Assembly (NCBI GenBank): GCA_020536535.1
Contig: JAHLWZ010000862.1
Location: 1 to 64,000, forward strand
Origin: Pelomyxa schiedti
Taxonomy: Eukaryota > Protista > Evosea
Direction of reading: 5' to 3'
Length of the DNA: 64,000 bases
Notes under the pieces: generated by a model
Database searches by the model: none
What the model saw: only the letters and a program-made list of their open reading frames with translations
What the model was told of the DNA's origin: nothing
Shown here: piece by piece, positions 23,270-35,141 of the stretch
Layout of the letters: every line of letters starts with the position of its first letter
Position numbering within the stretch: the first letter of the stretch is position 1
Translations under genes and position numbers: made by a program

Positions 23270-24484
23270 ATGGCGGCAGTTAAGGACTAGTATGTGTGTT
23301 GTTAGAAGGACAAGCCTTACTTGGAAACACAGTGACTATATAGTGAAATTACTTCTGGTTGGGGACTCGGGTGTTGGCAAGAGTATTTGTTTCTTTTTTT
23401 TTTCCCTTGTTCTCCCAAAATTTGAATGGCAACAACTAATGGTTATTTTAGGTTGTCTTCTTATGCGTTTTGTTGTATGTTACTTTTTTGCTCCACACTA
23501 AGAATTTCTCTATAATCACTCATAAGGATGACGAGTTCACACCCTGCTATATCTCCACTATAGGAGTGGATTTTGTGCGTGAATTTGATCGTCGTATCAG
23601 TTCTCTTTCTCCTTTGCACTAACTGAAGATAAGAAAATCAGGACGGTGCAACTGGAATCTAAGATACTAAAAACACAAATTGTAGGTCTTTTATTTAATG
23701 TTGTCATTAAATACAAGAGAATTATATAGAAAGATTCTTCACTAATTTCGTATTGGGAAAGTGGGATACTGCTGGTGAAGAAAGGTATAACTTGTCCTAC
23801 ATCCAATGACTCATCTTGGAACTAGATTTAGAACAATTACGACTGCATGTAATTCTAGAAAATGCCACCTCAAAATAACTCAACTACATTGGAAGATTAC
23901 AGAAACTGTAATGGGATGATTGTAGTATAGTGTGGCCGTTTCCTCATAAAAAGGAACCACTTACAGCTGTTTTAGTGATATCACTAATAGCACAAGTTTC
24001 GATAATATTGGACATTGGCTTGGCGAAATAGAGAGGAATTGCTCAACTGCACCGTTGAGGATACTACTAGGCAACAAGGTTGGTTTTAGTTTTTAGTACA
24101 AAATCATTTGGCGTAACATTCTAAACACATTATTCCCATAATGTACCCGTATTAGTTGGACTTAGCCGATCCCAGCAGACAGGTAGAATATAGCCGGGCC
24201 AAAAAGTTTGCTGATGAACATGGGATCAAATTCTGGTGTGTACTGCCAAACACAAACCATACCCAACATTTGGCTCAAAAAGGGAGACATCATCCAAGGA
24301 CTCCACAAATGTGGAGGAAGCTATTATGTCACTGCTTACTGACGTCAAGAGGATCAAGGAAGCTGAAGAAAGTGAATCCCAAACAAGAACAACAGCAGCA
24401 TCAACAAAGTCCTCCACTTCCGGTGTTTCCCTCATTGGGGGGAAAACCGACCCGTCGTCGCCCTCCCATCATTCTTGTTGTTGA
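23270..24484 (+). CDS. Rab1-like small GTPase, about 10 introns
   Basis: GDSGVGKS, YISTIGVDFKIRT, WDTAGEERFRTITTAYYR, GNKLD, ETSSK and a C-terminal CC. Confidence 0.9.
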
Positions 24485-24637
24485 CCCGCCACCAATCACA
24501 AAGACACCCACCCAACGGTGGAGCCTGCAATTGGGGGTGTTCCTTGGAGAGCTCAGATCTCTAAAAAATGTTGAGCTTCGTTTCCCGTAATCTTGGGTCG
24601 CGATCATTTATCCGCCTGCTATTTTTGAACAGCGGAC

Positions 24638-27188
24638 ATGAAGTGCAACAAGCCACCGTGGAAACCCAGTACGCTCGTGTCACGTCTCAATTCCCGCCGT
24701 TTCTTCGAGTTTCCGTGTTAACCTTAGAACCCCGAATTTTTCATTTTTTTTTAACAACAGAGTGCGAGGCACCAACACTTAAACAAACTTTGACGTCTCC
24801 GGAGTTGCAACAGCACTTTGCGGAATTTCTCGAGGGCGAGTATGCTGAAGAAAACTTGATTTTGTGGAATGAAGTGGAGGGATACAGGAAGCTATCCCAG
24901 ATGGGTTCTTCTCCTTCGGTAGTTTTTTTTTTTTTTTTTTTTTTTTACTTTAGTTGACAATTTTGGGAAAGGTTCTAAGGGAGGAGATAAGGAGAATTTT
25001 TGAGTTATATATCAAGCCTGACTCGGAGTTTGAAGTTAATCTGCCTGGAAATATCCCCAAAAGCATTGAAGTTTCTTTGGAGACTTTCCCTCTAAATTCT
25101 TCCGGTGCTTCTGTGGAAGCCACTGCCCTCACTACAGAAGAGGAACTGCTTTACGAAGCTCAAGTGGAAGCTCACAACCTTTTATTGTGTCACTCATTCC
25201 CAAGGTGGTTAAAGTCTGTTGAGTGGGCACCAAGTTTGTTCCCAAATTGGCTGTCCATGCATAATTAATGACAATCGCAGCCAAAGTGGAAGAGGCTCCA
25301 CGTGGACCACCTGCCCCTCCTCCACCCGTGTGTATCCAAACCATTTCTGGATGGGGTTCCAATCTTTTATATAGAAAAGGAGTCCGCGGCCACCATCCCT
25401 TGCTATAACACTGGGAAACCCAGGCCTCCATAGAACTTTTAAAAAACACCTGTCAACTGCAGATCCTCGGATGTATGCTACTATTTGCCTCTGGGAAACA
25501 TTGGAGCAATTCTCTGCTCAGTCTTCTTCTACCCCACCAACAGTTTGCAATTTCTTGTGAAAGTGGCCAGTCCTCATTGAGTTTAGGAACTGAAGCGCGG
25601 AGCCAAAGATATTTTTGAAAAATATCTGAAACCGGGAACAACTCATTTCGCACCAATTAAGGAAGAGAAGAGGATACCAATAGGCAAGATGGTTTATGAT
25701 TCTACGAGTTTAGTTGGTTTCAAGCCCTCGATGTTTCTCCAAGTGCAAGGTTTGTCTTAAGTAGCATTGTGGCAAAAATCACACCAACAGATGATGCTTT
25801 TCAGCAGCTTCAAGTAGTCTACATAAAGTGGTGTAGCATGTTTGGGTGCTGGGAAGGGGTTCCTGCATCATCTGCAAATAGTCAAGTGACTCGCGTTAAC
25901 CTCAAGAATTCTCGACGATCAATCATTATTCAAAGACCTTCTTTGGTACAATTGACTCCTTTTGATTATCCTTCACACTTCTCACTCATCTTAGCCAGGT
26001 GAAAAGCAAGATTTTGATGGAGACAATCCTCCGTCGTTTGAACAAACAATGCAAAATATTTTTTTAAGGGCAAGGTGAGGGAGTTTTATTTGAACTCTCC
26101 CCTAATAGATAACAGATTTATGGACTATTTGAGGGCATTGGGGCTCCAAAATTTTGCCCACTTTTCGCAAGAGCTCGAGGAATTTGCCAATAATAAGCAC
26201 CTCTCTCCAGAAGTACTTTTTCCTGTCCGTCTCTTTGAGACTGAATCCCTTGTAGGCAGTGCAAGCTCAGGCTTGTATATTGTTCCGGAAATACATCACA
26301 TTTAAAGACCTCGAGGCCCAAGAACCTGTAAACCAACTTCCTATGTCAATAAGAGAGGACCTGCATGCGAGATTATTTACATCGTACACTCCTGGGTCAA
26401 ATCCATGTGATTCTAGCTCAACCCCCTCAACACCAACACCCTCTCCGTTAGCACCTTCCGCTTCCCCAAATACTGCGACTCCTACCTCACCATCGAGTGA
26501 GCCACCTGCACTTCCCGCTTCAACCTCTGGGGTAACCCGAGAAACCAGCGGCAGAAGGATAGTTACAGCGGCAGTATTTGACAAGGCTCGCGTATGGTGT
26601 CAACATCAGCTACAGGGAAAATACTTTGAGCTGTGGGCATCATCAATAGACGCATGGAGGGGTCCTTATCCTCCAATTGCGAAACCAAGAGGTTGCTCCT
26701 TGCAATTTTGAACACACATATTAACTATCACAGCAAGTGTAAATCCAGATTCTTCCTGTGTATCGATCCTTTCAATGCCCGGCGTACTTCTGCCCACACT
26801 GGCATCCACCCCCAATAAACCACTGCGTCCTCCACCCTCTACTCTCCTTCCCGTAAAAGCCAAGACTCCAACGCAAGCCAACAACTCCACTGACCCACAG
26901 CCACCATCATCACCCGTGACCAGCCATTACCAACCAACAACCAACATCACGCCGCGGAAGCAAGCCCCTTCGCCCCCAACATATCTCGCCCCGGCTCCTC
27001 CGCATACCATAGCACAACCAACTCCAGAGAAGACAGGACTACCCTGTTTGATATCCCTCAACTTCAACAATGACCAACAATCACAGCAACAATCCCCACC
27101 TCGCACAACAAGCACAACCACAGGAAACCCACGCCCAACATCCCCCTCATCATCGTCAACTTCAACAACAACCCATGGTGAGCTATAA
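24638..27188 (+). CDS. Multi-RGS-domain protein (regulator of G-protein signalling)
   Basis: HFAEFLEGEYAEENLILWNEVE...IFELYIKPDSEFEVNL...HSFPRW, and a second domain (FMDYLRAL...LFRKYI...VFDKAR...YFELW). Pro/Thr-rich tail. Middle exons unresolved. Confidence 0.75.
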
Positions 27189-27360
27189 GCAACTGGTAAT
27201 CACGCAGGTCACAACTGTGTGGTTGTACTACATAACCATGTCATTATCTGTGTTGTACCGGAACCAAATGAGAGAGGAAAAAACAACTCTTTTTCTCCCC
27301 CAACTCAAGCTAGCGTTTGAATTCCAAAAACAAACAAAAAAACCAAAAAAATTTTAATTG

Positions 27361-27557
27361 ATAGGTCAGACCTCCACACAAGCCATCCCCATTGATAGAC
27401 CCATTGGTTGGCATCCAATCGGCCCTGGGGAACGATCTTCACAAGTTCACGCTCTGACTTGTGGGAATCAATGGCGGTCATCATCCCTATTTCACTTATG
27501 GACTCATGACTTGGATTCGGCACAATACTCCAGAAATGATCTTGAGAGTATGTCCAG
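27361..27557 (-). ncRNA. U3: U3 snoRNA
   Basis: GAC + box A' (AUACUC), box A (GAUCAUUUCU), box C' (GAUGAUGA), box B (GAGCGUGA), variant box C (GUGAAGA then UCGUUC), box D (GGUCUGA) and terminal stem AUAGG/CCUAU, all in canonical order over about 197 nt. Confidence 0.9.
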
Positions 27558-27610
27558 AATGTAACGCCTCCTCCTTTCGGAACCTTGTTTTGAGCCTGTG
27601 AATTTTACTC

Positions 27611-27618
27611 TTATGGGA
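27611..27618 (-). promoter_or_regulatory. DUSE-like element TCCCATAA upstream of U3
   Basis: WCCCAYAA about 62 nt upstream of the predicted U3 5' end, matching the Dictyostelium small-RNA promoter position. Confidence 0.75.
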
Positions 27619-27640
27619 GGAAATACTGGGTTTGTTTCTT

Positions 27641-27753
27641 GTGATGAGAACTTCTACTGAGAACTCTCTAACACAGTGCACAATTCGGTAACCCCCACGT
27701 CGGCTATCATAATGCCGTCTCCGAAGTCAGATAGAATTCTCTCAGTTCTCTGA
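27641..27753 (+). ncRNA. Candidate box C/D (K-turn) RNA upstream of, or intronic to, eIF4A
   Basis: Box C GUGAUGA (27641) and box D CUGA (27750) with an extended stem GAGAACU/AGUUCUC; internal stems UUCGG/CCGAA and CGGC/GCCG. Confidence 0.5.
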
Positions 27754-27936
27754 TGGGCTGTCAAGTAGGGAGGAAGCAACTGCGACCTGTCAATCCAAAC
27801 AAGGAATTTACCAATACAGAATTTCTTTCCTTTATAAGGTTGACACAGACCTGTCAAACCAAAAATAAAATACAAGCAACAAACCGAAAGCGAAAAACAA
27901 TCAATTTTCAAGTTGGACGATAAGTGAGTACGGTAG

Positions 27937-29384
27937 TGGAAGAAGTGGCCATCGATGACTTCAATGACATGAACCTAAACGAAGAATTGTTGAGGTAAAA
28001 CAAGTTTTTTTGTACTTTTTTTTGAGGACTCATTGTTCTGTAGGGGAATATACAACTACGGCTTTGAGAAGCCCTCCATGATACAACAAAAAGCAATACA
28101 CCCTCTGTGTGAAGGCCGCGACGTAATTGCGCAAGCTCAATCTGGAACAGGCAAAACAGGCGCCTTTACTATTGGAGCTCTGCAAAGGGTGGACCCTAAT
28201 GCTGAAGGATGTCAAGCTCTCTTTCTATCCCCTACAAGGGAGCTTGCTAATCAGACGTACTCTGTATGTAATTATTGGCTTTTTTTCTTTGATACAAACC
28301 TTAATTTCGATGCAGGTCATTTCAGATATAGGCCAGAGACTACCTATTTCTTGTGCTTTGTTTATTGGAGGTCTTGGCATAAATGCAAGTGAAGCTCGGA
28401 ACTGTAAAGTGGCTGTAGGAACACCCGGCAGGGTATTTGACATGATATACCGAGGCTTCCTTGATCCGCGGACCATAAAAATTCTCATCTTGGATGAAGC
28501 TGATCAGCTCTTGGACAGGTTTTTTGGCCTTAAGAAATCCCCCTAGTAATTATTTCACAGGAACTTCAAAGAGCAGCTCTATGATATTTTCCAAGCTCTC
28601 CCACGCCAAGTTCAGGTTGGGTTATTCTCGGCCACAATGCCGCCTGAAGCTATTGAGATAACCCACAAGTTCATGAACAATCCTGTACAAATTCTAGTCA
28701 AGGCCGAGGAATTGACTCTGGTGGGGATGAGGCAGTATTACATAGACGTTGAAAGAGAAGACGCAAGTGTGTAATAACGCGCCACTTAATATAATTAATC
28801 TCTAACTGTATGCCTAGAACTTGACACTCTTTGCGACTTGTATGACACCCTGAGTATCTCCCAATCAGTCATATTTGCAAATTCCTGCAGAAAAGTACAA
28901 TTCATTGCTGACCAGCTCCACCAGAGACACTTTACAGGTCAGTTTAATATCAACTCGCCATGCTGATTCAATATGGTAACCCAAATAACAGTGTCTTGCA
29001 CCCACAGCCAGCTGAGTCCAAAAGAGAGGATGTCAATTCTTAAAGACTTCAGGTCCGGCCATACGAGAGTCCTCATATCCACCGATGTTCTGGCAAGGGG
29101 AATAGATGTGCAACAAGTCTCCCTCGTCATCAACTATGACCTCCCCCTAGACCCTGAGACCTACATCCACAGGTAATACATTTATTACAATGACATGAAC
29201 ATTGAATTGTTGCATACAAGTCCCTAAACACACTCACAGGATTGGACGCAGTGCCAGGTTTGGCAGGAAAGGCGTAGCCGTGAACTTCGCAACAGCAAGA
29301 GAGGAAATCAAACTACACCAACTGGAGAAAATGTATGACACCTCCATCGTCCCTATGCCAACCAACATAGCTGATTTCCTGTAA
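27937..29384 (+). CDS. eIF4A: Translation initiation factor eIF4A (DEAD-box helicase); first exon unresolved
   Basis: [54 protein letters not shown] and [13 protein letters not shown]. Confidence 0.9.
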
Positions 29385-29650
29385 ATACTTGAATAATAGT
29401 TAAAAATGCTGGCTTGAGTTTTAAGAAGAAAAAATGTGACGAGCTGTCAAGCGGGGTATCGGTGATCGTTGCGTTCGACTCAATTGGGTGGAAGATAGAC
29501 GAGGCATGGTGGGGTGGTTATTGGAGAAGGAGACTGAGGAAGAAGTGGCTGCGTATTTCGCAGGTAACACCAATTCATGAGGATCCAGAAGTAGAGGCAG
29601 TGGCGACTACAAGTACTCCCTCAGTGTGATTGTGGATGCGGAACACTTGT

Positions 29651-30043
29651 TTCAGGGACTTGGCACTTTGCTTGTGGGGATTTCGTTGAGTGCAGCAGCT
29701 TGCTTTCCGAGTGCGTTCTGCTTTACAGCCTCGAGGGAAGTTGCCTGTTGCTCGAGTGCTCGTAGTTTGGAACTGGGAAGATATTTGTGAAACGAAAGAA
29801 ATAAGCAAAAGGTGAATGTAACTTCATCTGGCTCGAGAGTGATTCAAATGTCAGCTCCACAATGGAGTCAAACATATCTAGGGGAAATTGCTTACAAAAA
29901 AATACCAAGAAAAAAGCTGCAGCTTTTTTGAGGACATCTTGGACGTCAATGTGTAAGGGCACTTGGAAGGGTGAATCACAGTTGGCTGCCTCCGCGTAGA
30001 ACAATGACACACAGCCAATAAGGACCAAAAATACTACCGAAAC
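29651..30043 (-). CDS. Possible small hypothetical protein with a hydrophobic N-terminal segment
   Basis: Exon-like frames VSVVFLVLIGCVSLFYAEA... and YLPSSKLRALEQQATSLEAVKQ...; gene structure not resolved. Confidence 0.3.
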
Positions 30044-30267
30044 CTACAGTGGCAATATCCCACTCTCCATCCACTTCACACACTCTCATACACACAACAA
30101 TGGAAAACCCAAATGAAATCAGTTATTTAGAACCAGCAAAGAATTACCCCGTCAGCACAGATGTTCTTTGTTGTCGCTTAGCGGAAGCAGAAAAGAATGC
30201 ATCTGAATAAGACCGGGGAAAAAAACAATAAAAAGCATTAATTAACGCTGGCTGCCTACGAGCCAAA

Positions 30268-31025
30268 ATGGCCGGTGTAAGTCTTCCCGTGAGAATGGAG
30301 GGACCTGTAATTGTGGGATTCGGCCGAGGAAGTTCGCTACTGGGCTTCCCAACCGGTATTGTTTTTTCCTCTCCAATTGCCTTATTCCTTGTTGCACAAC
30401 CTCTAATGTAATATTTAATATTAGCCAATATACCTACCGAGCAATATGACCAATTATTACCTGACTTCAAAGTTGGAGTGTATTATGGATGGGCAACTCT
30501 TAACGGAGTTGTATGTTGTCCTTATTCGATAGTATTAACGAATCATTACATAGAGCATTAATTCTAGTCTCTGCGTCAAATAAACTAATGAGAACAGGAA
30601 CCTGTGTATGAAATGGCAATGAGTATTGGTTACAACCCGCACTTCAAAAATGAGAAGAAAACAATAGTGAGTTTCGTTTGCTCATCCTTCCATTGCCTCC
30701 ACGAGTCTCACTCAATTCCTTCTCTTGGTTACAGGAGGTGCACTTATTACATAAGTTTGAAGACAACTTCTATGGAGCACACTTAAGAATTGTTGTAGTT
30801 GGCTTCATCAGAGAGATGCGCAGCTATCCTTCTTTAGGCACATTGTATTCTGCAATTCTATTAAATTTTTTTGCCCTCTTACTCTTTCCAATCTCTAACA
30901 CTGGGGTTCTCCCTTCTCCAGCCGCTTTGAAAGACGCTATTGCCGAGGACTGTGCCAAAGCAACTGCTTCACTACAATCACAAGACTCAATTTCACTAAG
31001 AAACGACCCATTCCTGTTCGCCTAG
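30268..31025 (+). CDS. RFK: Riboflavin kinase
   Basis: GFGRGSSLLGFPTAN, GVYYGWA, MSIGYNPHF and EVHLLHKFEDNFYG. Confidence 0.92.
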
Positions 31026-31116
31026 ATGAATATAAGATAAAACCACATCCACAAAAAAAATTCTTTTTTTTTTTTTTACATTGAATGGGTACAAGACAGA
31101 GGTCAATGCACCGTTT

Positions 31117-32042
31117 TCACCAACAAACCTCCCATTCTTTGCCATCTGTGGTTTGGTTAGTGAGATTAACTTCGGGGTTGTGTACCTTCTGGACCAAACT
31201 TTCCAAGCAAAAGTAAAAACAAATCGGTAATCCACCACACACCTTTGCTATAAGTTATTCATTGCACCTTATCTGAAGGAAGATACCAAGCCCGCCTAGG
31301 GTCAGCATCTATTTCGGTTATAAGTGGGATCAAATGGTAAATAGTTGTGCCTTGAATACACCATAGCCACAGTGCCCAAGATAAAAACGGTCAATACCCA
31401 AAAATCCCAGAAACAGAGATAAAACGATGGCCTGTGGAATAAACATTAACAGACAACAATTATTGGCTACGAAAATACAGGGACATTAAACACCCACAGT
31501 TGGAAACTGCTTATTTGAAAATCTTTTTAATGGTGAATTTCATAGGAAATGTGATGGATAGTGTTACCTCCTACATTCCCAGTTGCCCACAATGAAGATT
31601 CTGGGCCCAACACAGCCGATCCCCTCCAGCACCTGGCATGAGGCATTTGCATAAACGCCCTTTTTCACCAGTCAAATTGTGATGAAGAAGAAAGTGTACT
31701 CCACACCGGACCATATTTCTGGCATCCAAGATATGGCTCTTCGCTCTCCTCGGCGTTGCACATTAAAAACTCGAAAGGCCTTAACTCATAATTAGTCTGT
31801 CACAGCTTGCTAGCGGCCACTACGCACAGTTTAGTGCACAGCACATTGGGTGTGTTTACGTTGTATGTCTCATTGTCGCACATCAACAATGTGGTGTTGG
31901 TAGCATTGCCCCCAGCCACAAATGCACCAAGATCTGGGCAGTCTCAGTCAAACTCAACGACAACCCGGGGGCACAAGAAGAGAAAAAAAACACATGACGA
32001 CACCAAGATCGCCAGGACGCCCAACGGACGCACTCCCCCCAT
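31117..32042 (-). CDS. TM2-domain protein (TM2D-like) with signal peptide and Cys-rich ectodomain
   Basis: [38 protein letters not shown]; ectodomain GCQKYG...CQVLEGIGCVGPRIF. Confidence 0.85.
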
Positions 32043-32131
32043 CAACTTGTTTTTTTTTTCTGTTTGTTTTCGGTGTCAAATCAACCAGTGGATGATGGCC
32101 GCGGGGTTTTTAATTTACACTTGCCAAGTCC

Positions 32132-33929
32132 TCACCAGAATTTAGGCACCAAAATAGCAGGGTCAAACACTGGAGGCACTCTGACAGGCATGCCAACTTG
32201 TTGTTCAAAGTGGTCAAAGGACTGATACAGGTACCCAGCACTGCGAATTGTAAACTCAGCTGACCACTTCTGCTGCGTGATTCTGGTCACTTTGGCGGCC
32301 TCTTCTGAGCGGGGAAAGCGGTGCTGCAGGAGTGCCAGGGGGCTGACATAGACCTTGAGCAGGGTGTATCGTTTGATGTCAAACTCGATCAGGTCATTCA
32401 GCGAAGTAAAGGTACAGTGGGCCTCTTCTATAAGATAAAGAATGGTGGAGACGTGGAAGAACTGCACCATGAACGGAAACGGTAGAACCAACTCGCGGGT
32501 CGTATTGAGGGAAGGATGTTTCTTCAAGAACGATTGTACACCCGAGGGAGGGTCATGGTGCTCTGCAAGATATAAGTATTTGAGAACTTCTGATGAGGGT
32601 AATGTTTCAAAGTCTGTATGGCTTTCAATCCACTGAACTGTTTTTTTGTTAGGACAAAATCCATTGGGAGGAACTTTACATAAAACGGAAGAAGACAGAG
32701 ACATCCGTAACAATTTGCGTCTACCGGCGTGTTGCATATAAATAAAGAAGTCTGGAACTTTGAGGCATAGAATATCGAGAACCTCCAGGGCGCTGTTGGT
32801 TGTACGAAATCCTGTCGCATCAAGAATGGCTTTAAAATCATCCTCTGTCATGCCTCTAACAGACGGCACAAAAAAATGTTCCACAATGTGCTGCAAAGGA
32901 GTTTTAGTGGTTGTGAGGGACATTACAATGTGTATTAATTCATTCCCTCGTGTCCAAATAGCCCTTGTTTAGAGATCAGTGGCAAGAAAAACTAGGGTTG
33001 TTACTTTGGATTCTCAAGTATCATGTGAAGCTCTTTCATTTCATAGAGTGAAAAAAGTTGCCGCAATACGGGGGTTATGTCCTGTGATATCCAGTCTTTT
33101 TCTTTAAGTTGATTGAACGGTAGGATTCTTGCGTCGTCGGACACGGAACGGCACAATATTGTCAAGAAATCTGGGATCTTTTCTGGGTGTGCAACAAAGA
33201 AGGAGCGAGAAACTATGGGCGACTGAACAGCGAAAAGTGTTGCTGTTTGCTGGAGTTCACCACTAAACCGGGTAGGGTCTGGTGGGCATTGGTCCGGAAG
33301 AAGTTGGAGTAAAGCTTCAGATGACAGCGCCGCCGCCTTTGGCAGAATGGAACTGCCTGCTGTGCTAATTAATTTCTGACACTCGCTTACCACTTGACGC
33401 CAAATCTGGTTTTGTCATCAAAAGTAGTGGGGAAGATAAATCACCTCAAAGGCTGTATTTCTGGTTATCATCTCGGAGAGCAATAGCTCGACACTTTGGC
33501 GCGACACAACCTTCAATAGGAGACTTGCAGGGAGTCCGACTTCTGTAGGAATATGGGACATTGGCATTGAAAGGAGTAGTCGGAGAGGTTCTGGTGAAGA
33601 ACACATCGCAGCACCAGCTATGCCTTGCTCGATGCACTTGGAGGATATTTTGCCTCTAGAAATGAATGCTTTGAGCTGCTCGAGATAGCCCTATGAAGCT
33701 AGGTCACACATGGACCCACGTAAGCGAACTGTACTTGGGCTGCAGAGCTCTCAAAACATCGCGGGGATATTTCCACTGGATAGGAATCTAACAACCAATC
33801 TTGTAGATGTCGGTCACCCCTATCAGTTGCTTGGAAAAACAGCTCTGCAACCTCCGCATAAGATTGAGTTACAGTGTCACCATAAGCACAGCACTCATAC
33901 CATTTTTGATGAAAGGTTGTAGTGTGCAT
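32132..33929 (-). CDS. Hypothetical helical/ankyrin-like protein (may begin near 34400)
   Basis: Chain of same-strand ORFs 33929-33699, 33606-33418, 33393-33001 and 32923-32132 separated by intron-sized gaps. Confidence 0.55.
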
Positions 33930-34484
33930 TTAGTGTCCTTTTCATGCACCTGGGCGTTTCCCACATTTTCTATCACCAAATTCAGGAATATCGACAGAGA
34001 AAAGCAAAGCGAAGCAAAACGGAAAACAAATAAGGGAAAAGTGAGAAAACCAGGAGAAGAAAAAAGGGTTTCCGTGCTCCCTACCTGAACATCGATGTTA
34101 TGTGACCACACGACAGAAGTGCCCTTGGCCAAAACCTTCGCCGCCAACCTCGCGTTTTTTAGGCTGCACAGACACAAGCAAGTGTAGGGTTGTTTCCCGT
34201 CGGTAGTCCAGCCCTCATGGTGATCTCTGAATAAATGGCGGTTGTTGCAGTTTATCCCGGTAGGAGGCCACGTCAACGCCTCCCCAACGATCTGGAGCTC
34301 CTCCAAGATCCGCTCCAGGCCCGTTTCTGTTTGACTTGAGTTGCCTGCCGTTTTTTTTTTTCCCGTTTGGTTTCTCACTGTGTAGTGTTTTATTGGATTT
34401 TACGAGATTTTGACAAGGAAGCGAGATATGAGTCTTGGCACTGTGCGTTTCTCAACTAATCTTGTGCGTGTTGGTGTATCTCAT

Positions 34485-34924
34485 TTAGCTCTTGTTGGGT
34501 TGCTGAATGGTGTGGCTTTTACTCTTTGGAGGCTTGCTTCTTGTTGGGTCCTTTCTGGGCTTTTCTACAACAGGTTTGACCTTTGTCGTTTTCACGGCCG
34601 TGTCGACGGCAACGTCCTCCACAACGTCGATAGCATCGTGAACACCTGCAGGTGGTTTGGTCCAAGGGACGGGGGAAAAAAAAAACGCAACAACCTAAAA
34701 ATTGCACATACACGAAACGCACAAGTACAAAAAAGCAGTAAACGGAAATTCAAAAAGAAACAAGAAAAGAGAAAGAAAAAAAAATAGGGGTGACTAGTAC
34801 CAGAGGCCACGATGCCCTTTGGTGTTTCCGTTGCGGGGTGCGTGTGTGTCGGCTGCGCGTGCCTCACTCCTCCGACCTTGGCGGCGGGCGAGTGCCCAGG
34901 AACCGTCGTCTCTTCATCCGTCAT
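34485..34924 (-). CDS. DAP1: Death-associated protein 1 (DAP/DAPL1) family
   Basis: Two exons. N-motif GHSPAAKVGGVR (cf. GHPPAVKAGGMR) and C-terminal HTIQQPNKS (cf. HIQQPRK). Confidence 0.75.
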
Positions 34925-35141
34925 TCTTATCTTTTTTTTTTTTTTTTGTTCTTTTTTCGTGTTTTCTTCTTGTTTCGAAATTCGTCGGGCCAGTCTGGGC
35001 TGATGGGATCGTTCGATCCAGTGAGGGAGTGCATTCACCACGTTATGACTTGTGAAACTTGGCACGTGAATGAACTCCCCCACTCTGTTCCAAACATCAA
35101 GAGTGGATAAGAAGAAACTTCGGTTACCGTTTGGCAGTTTG

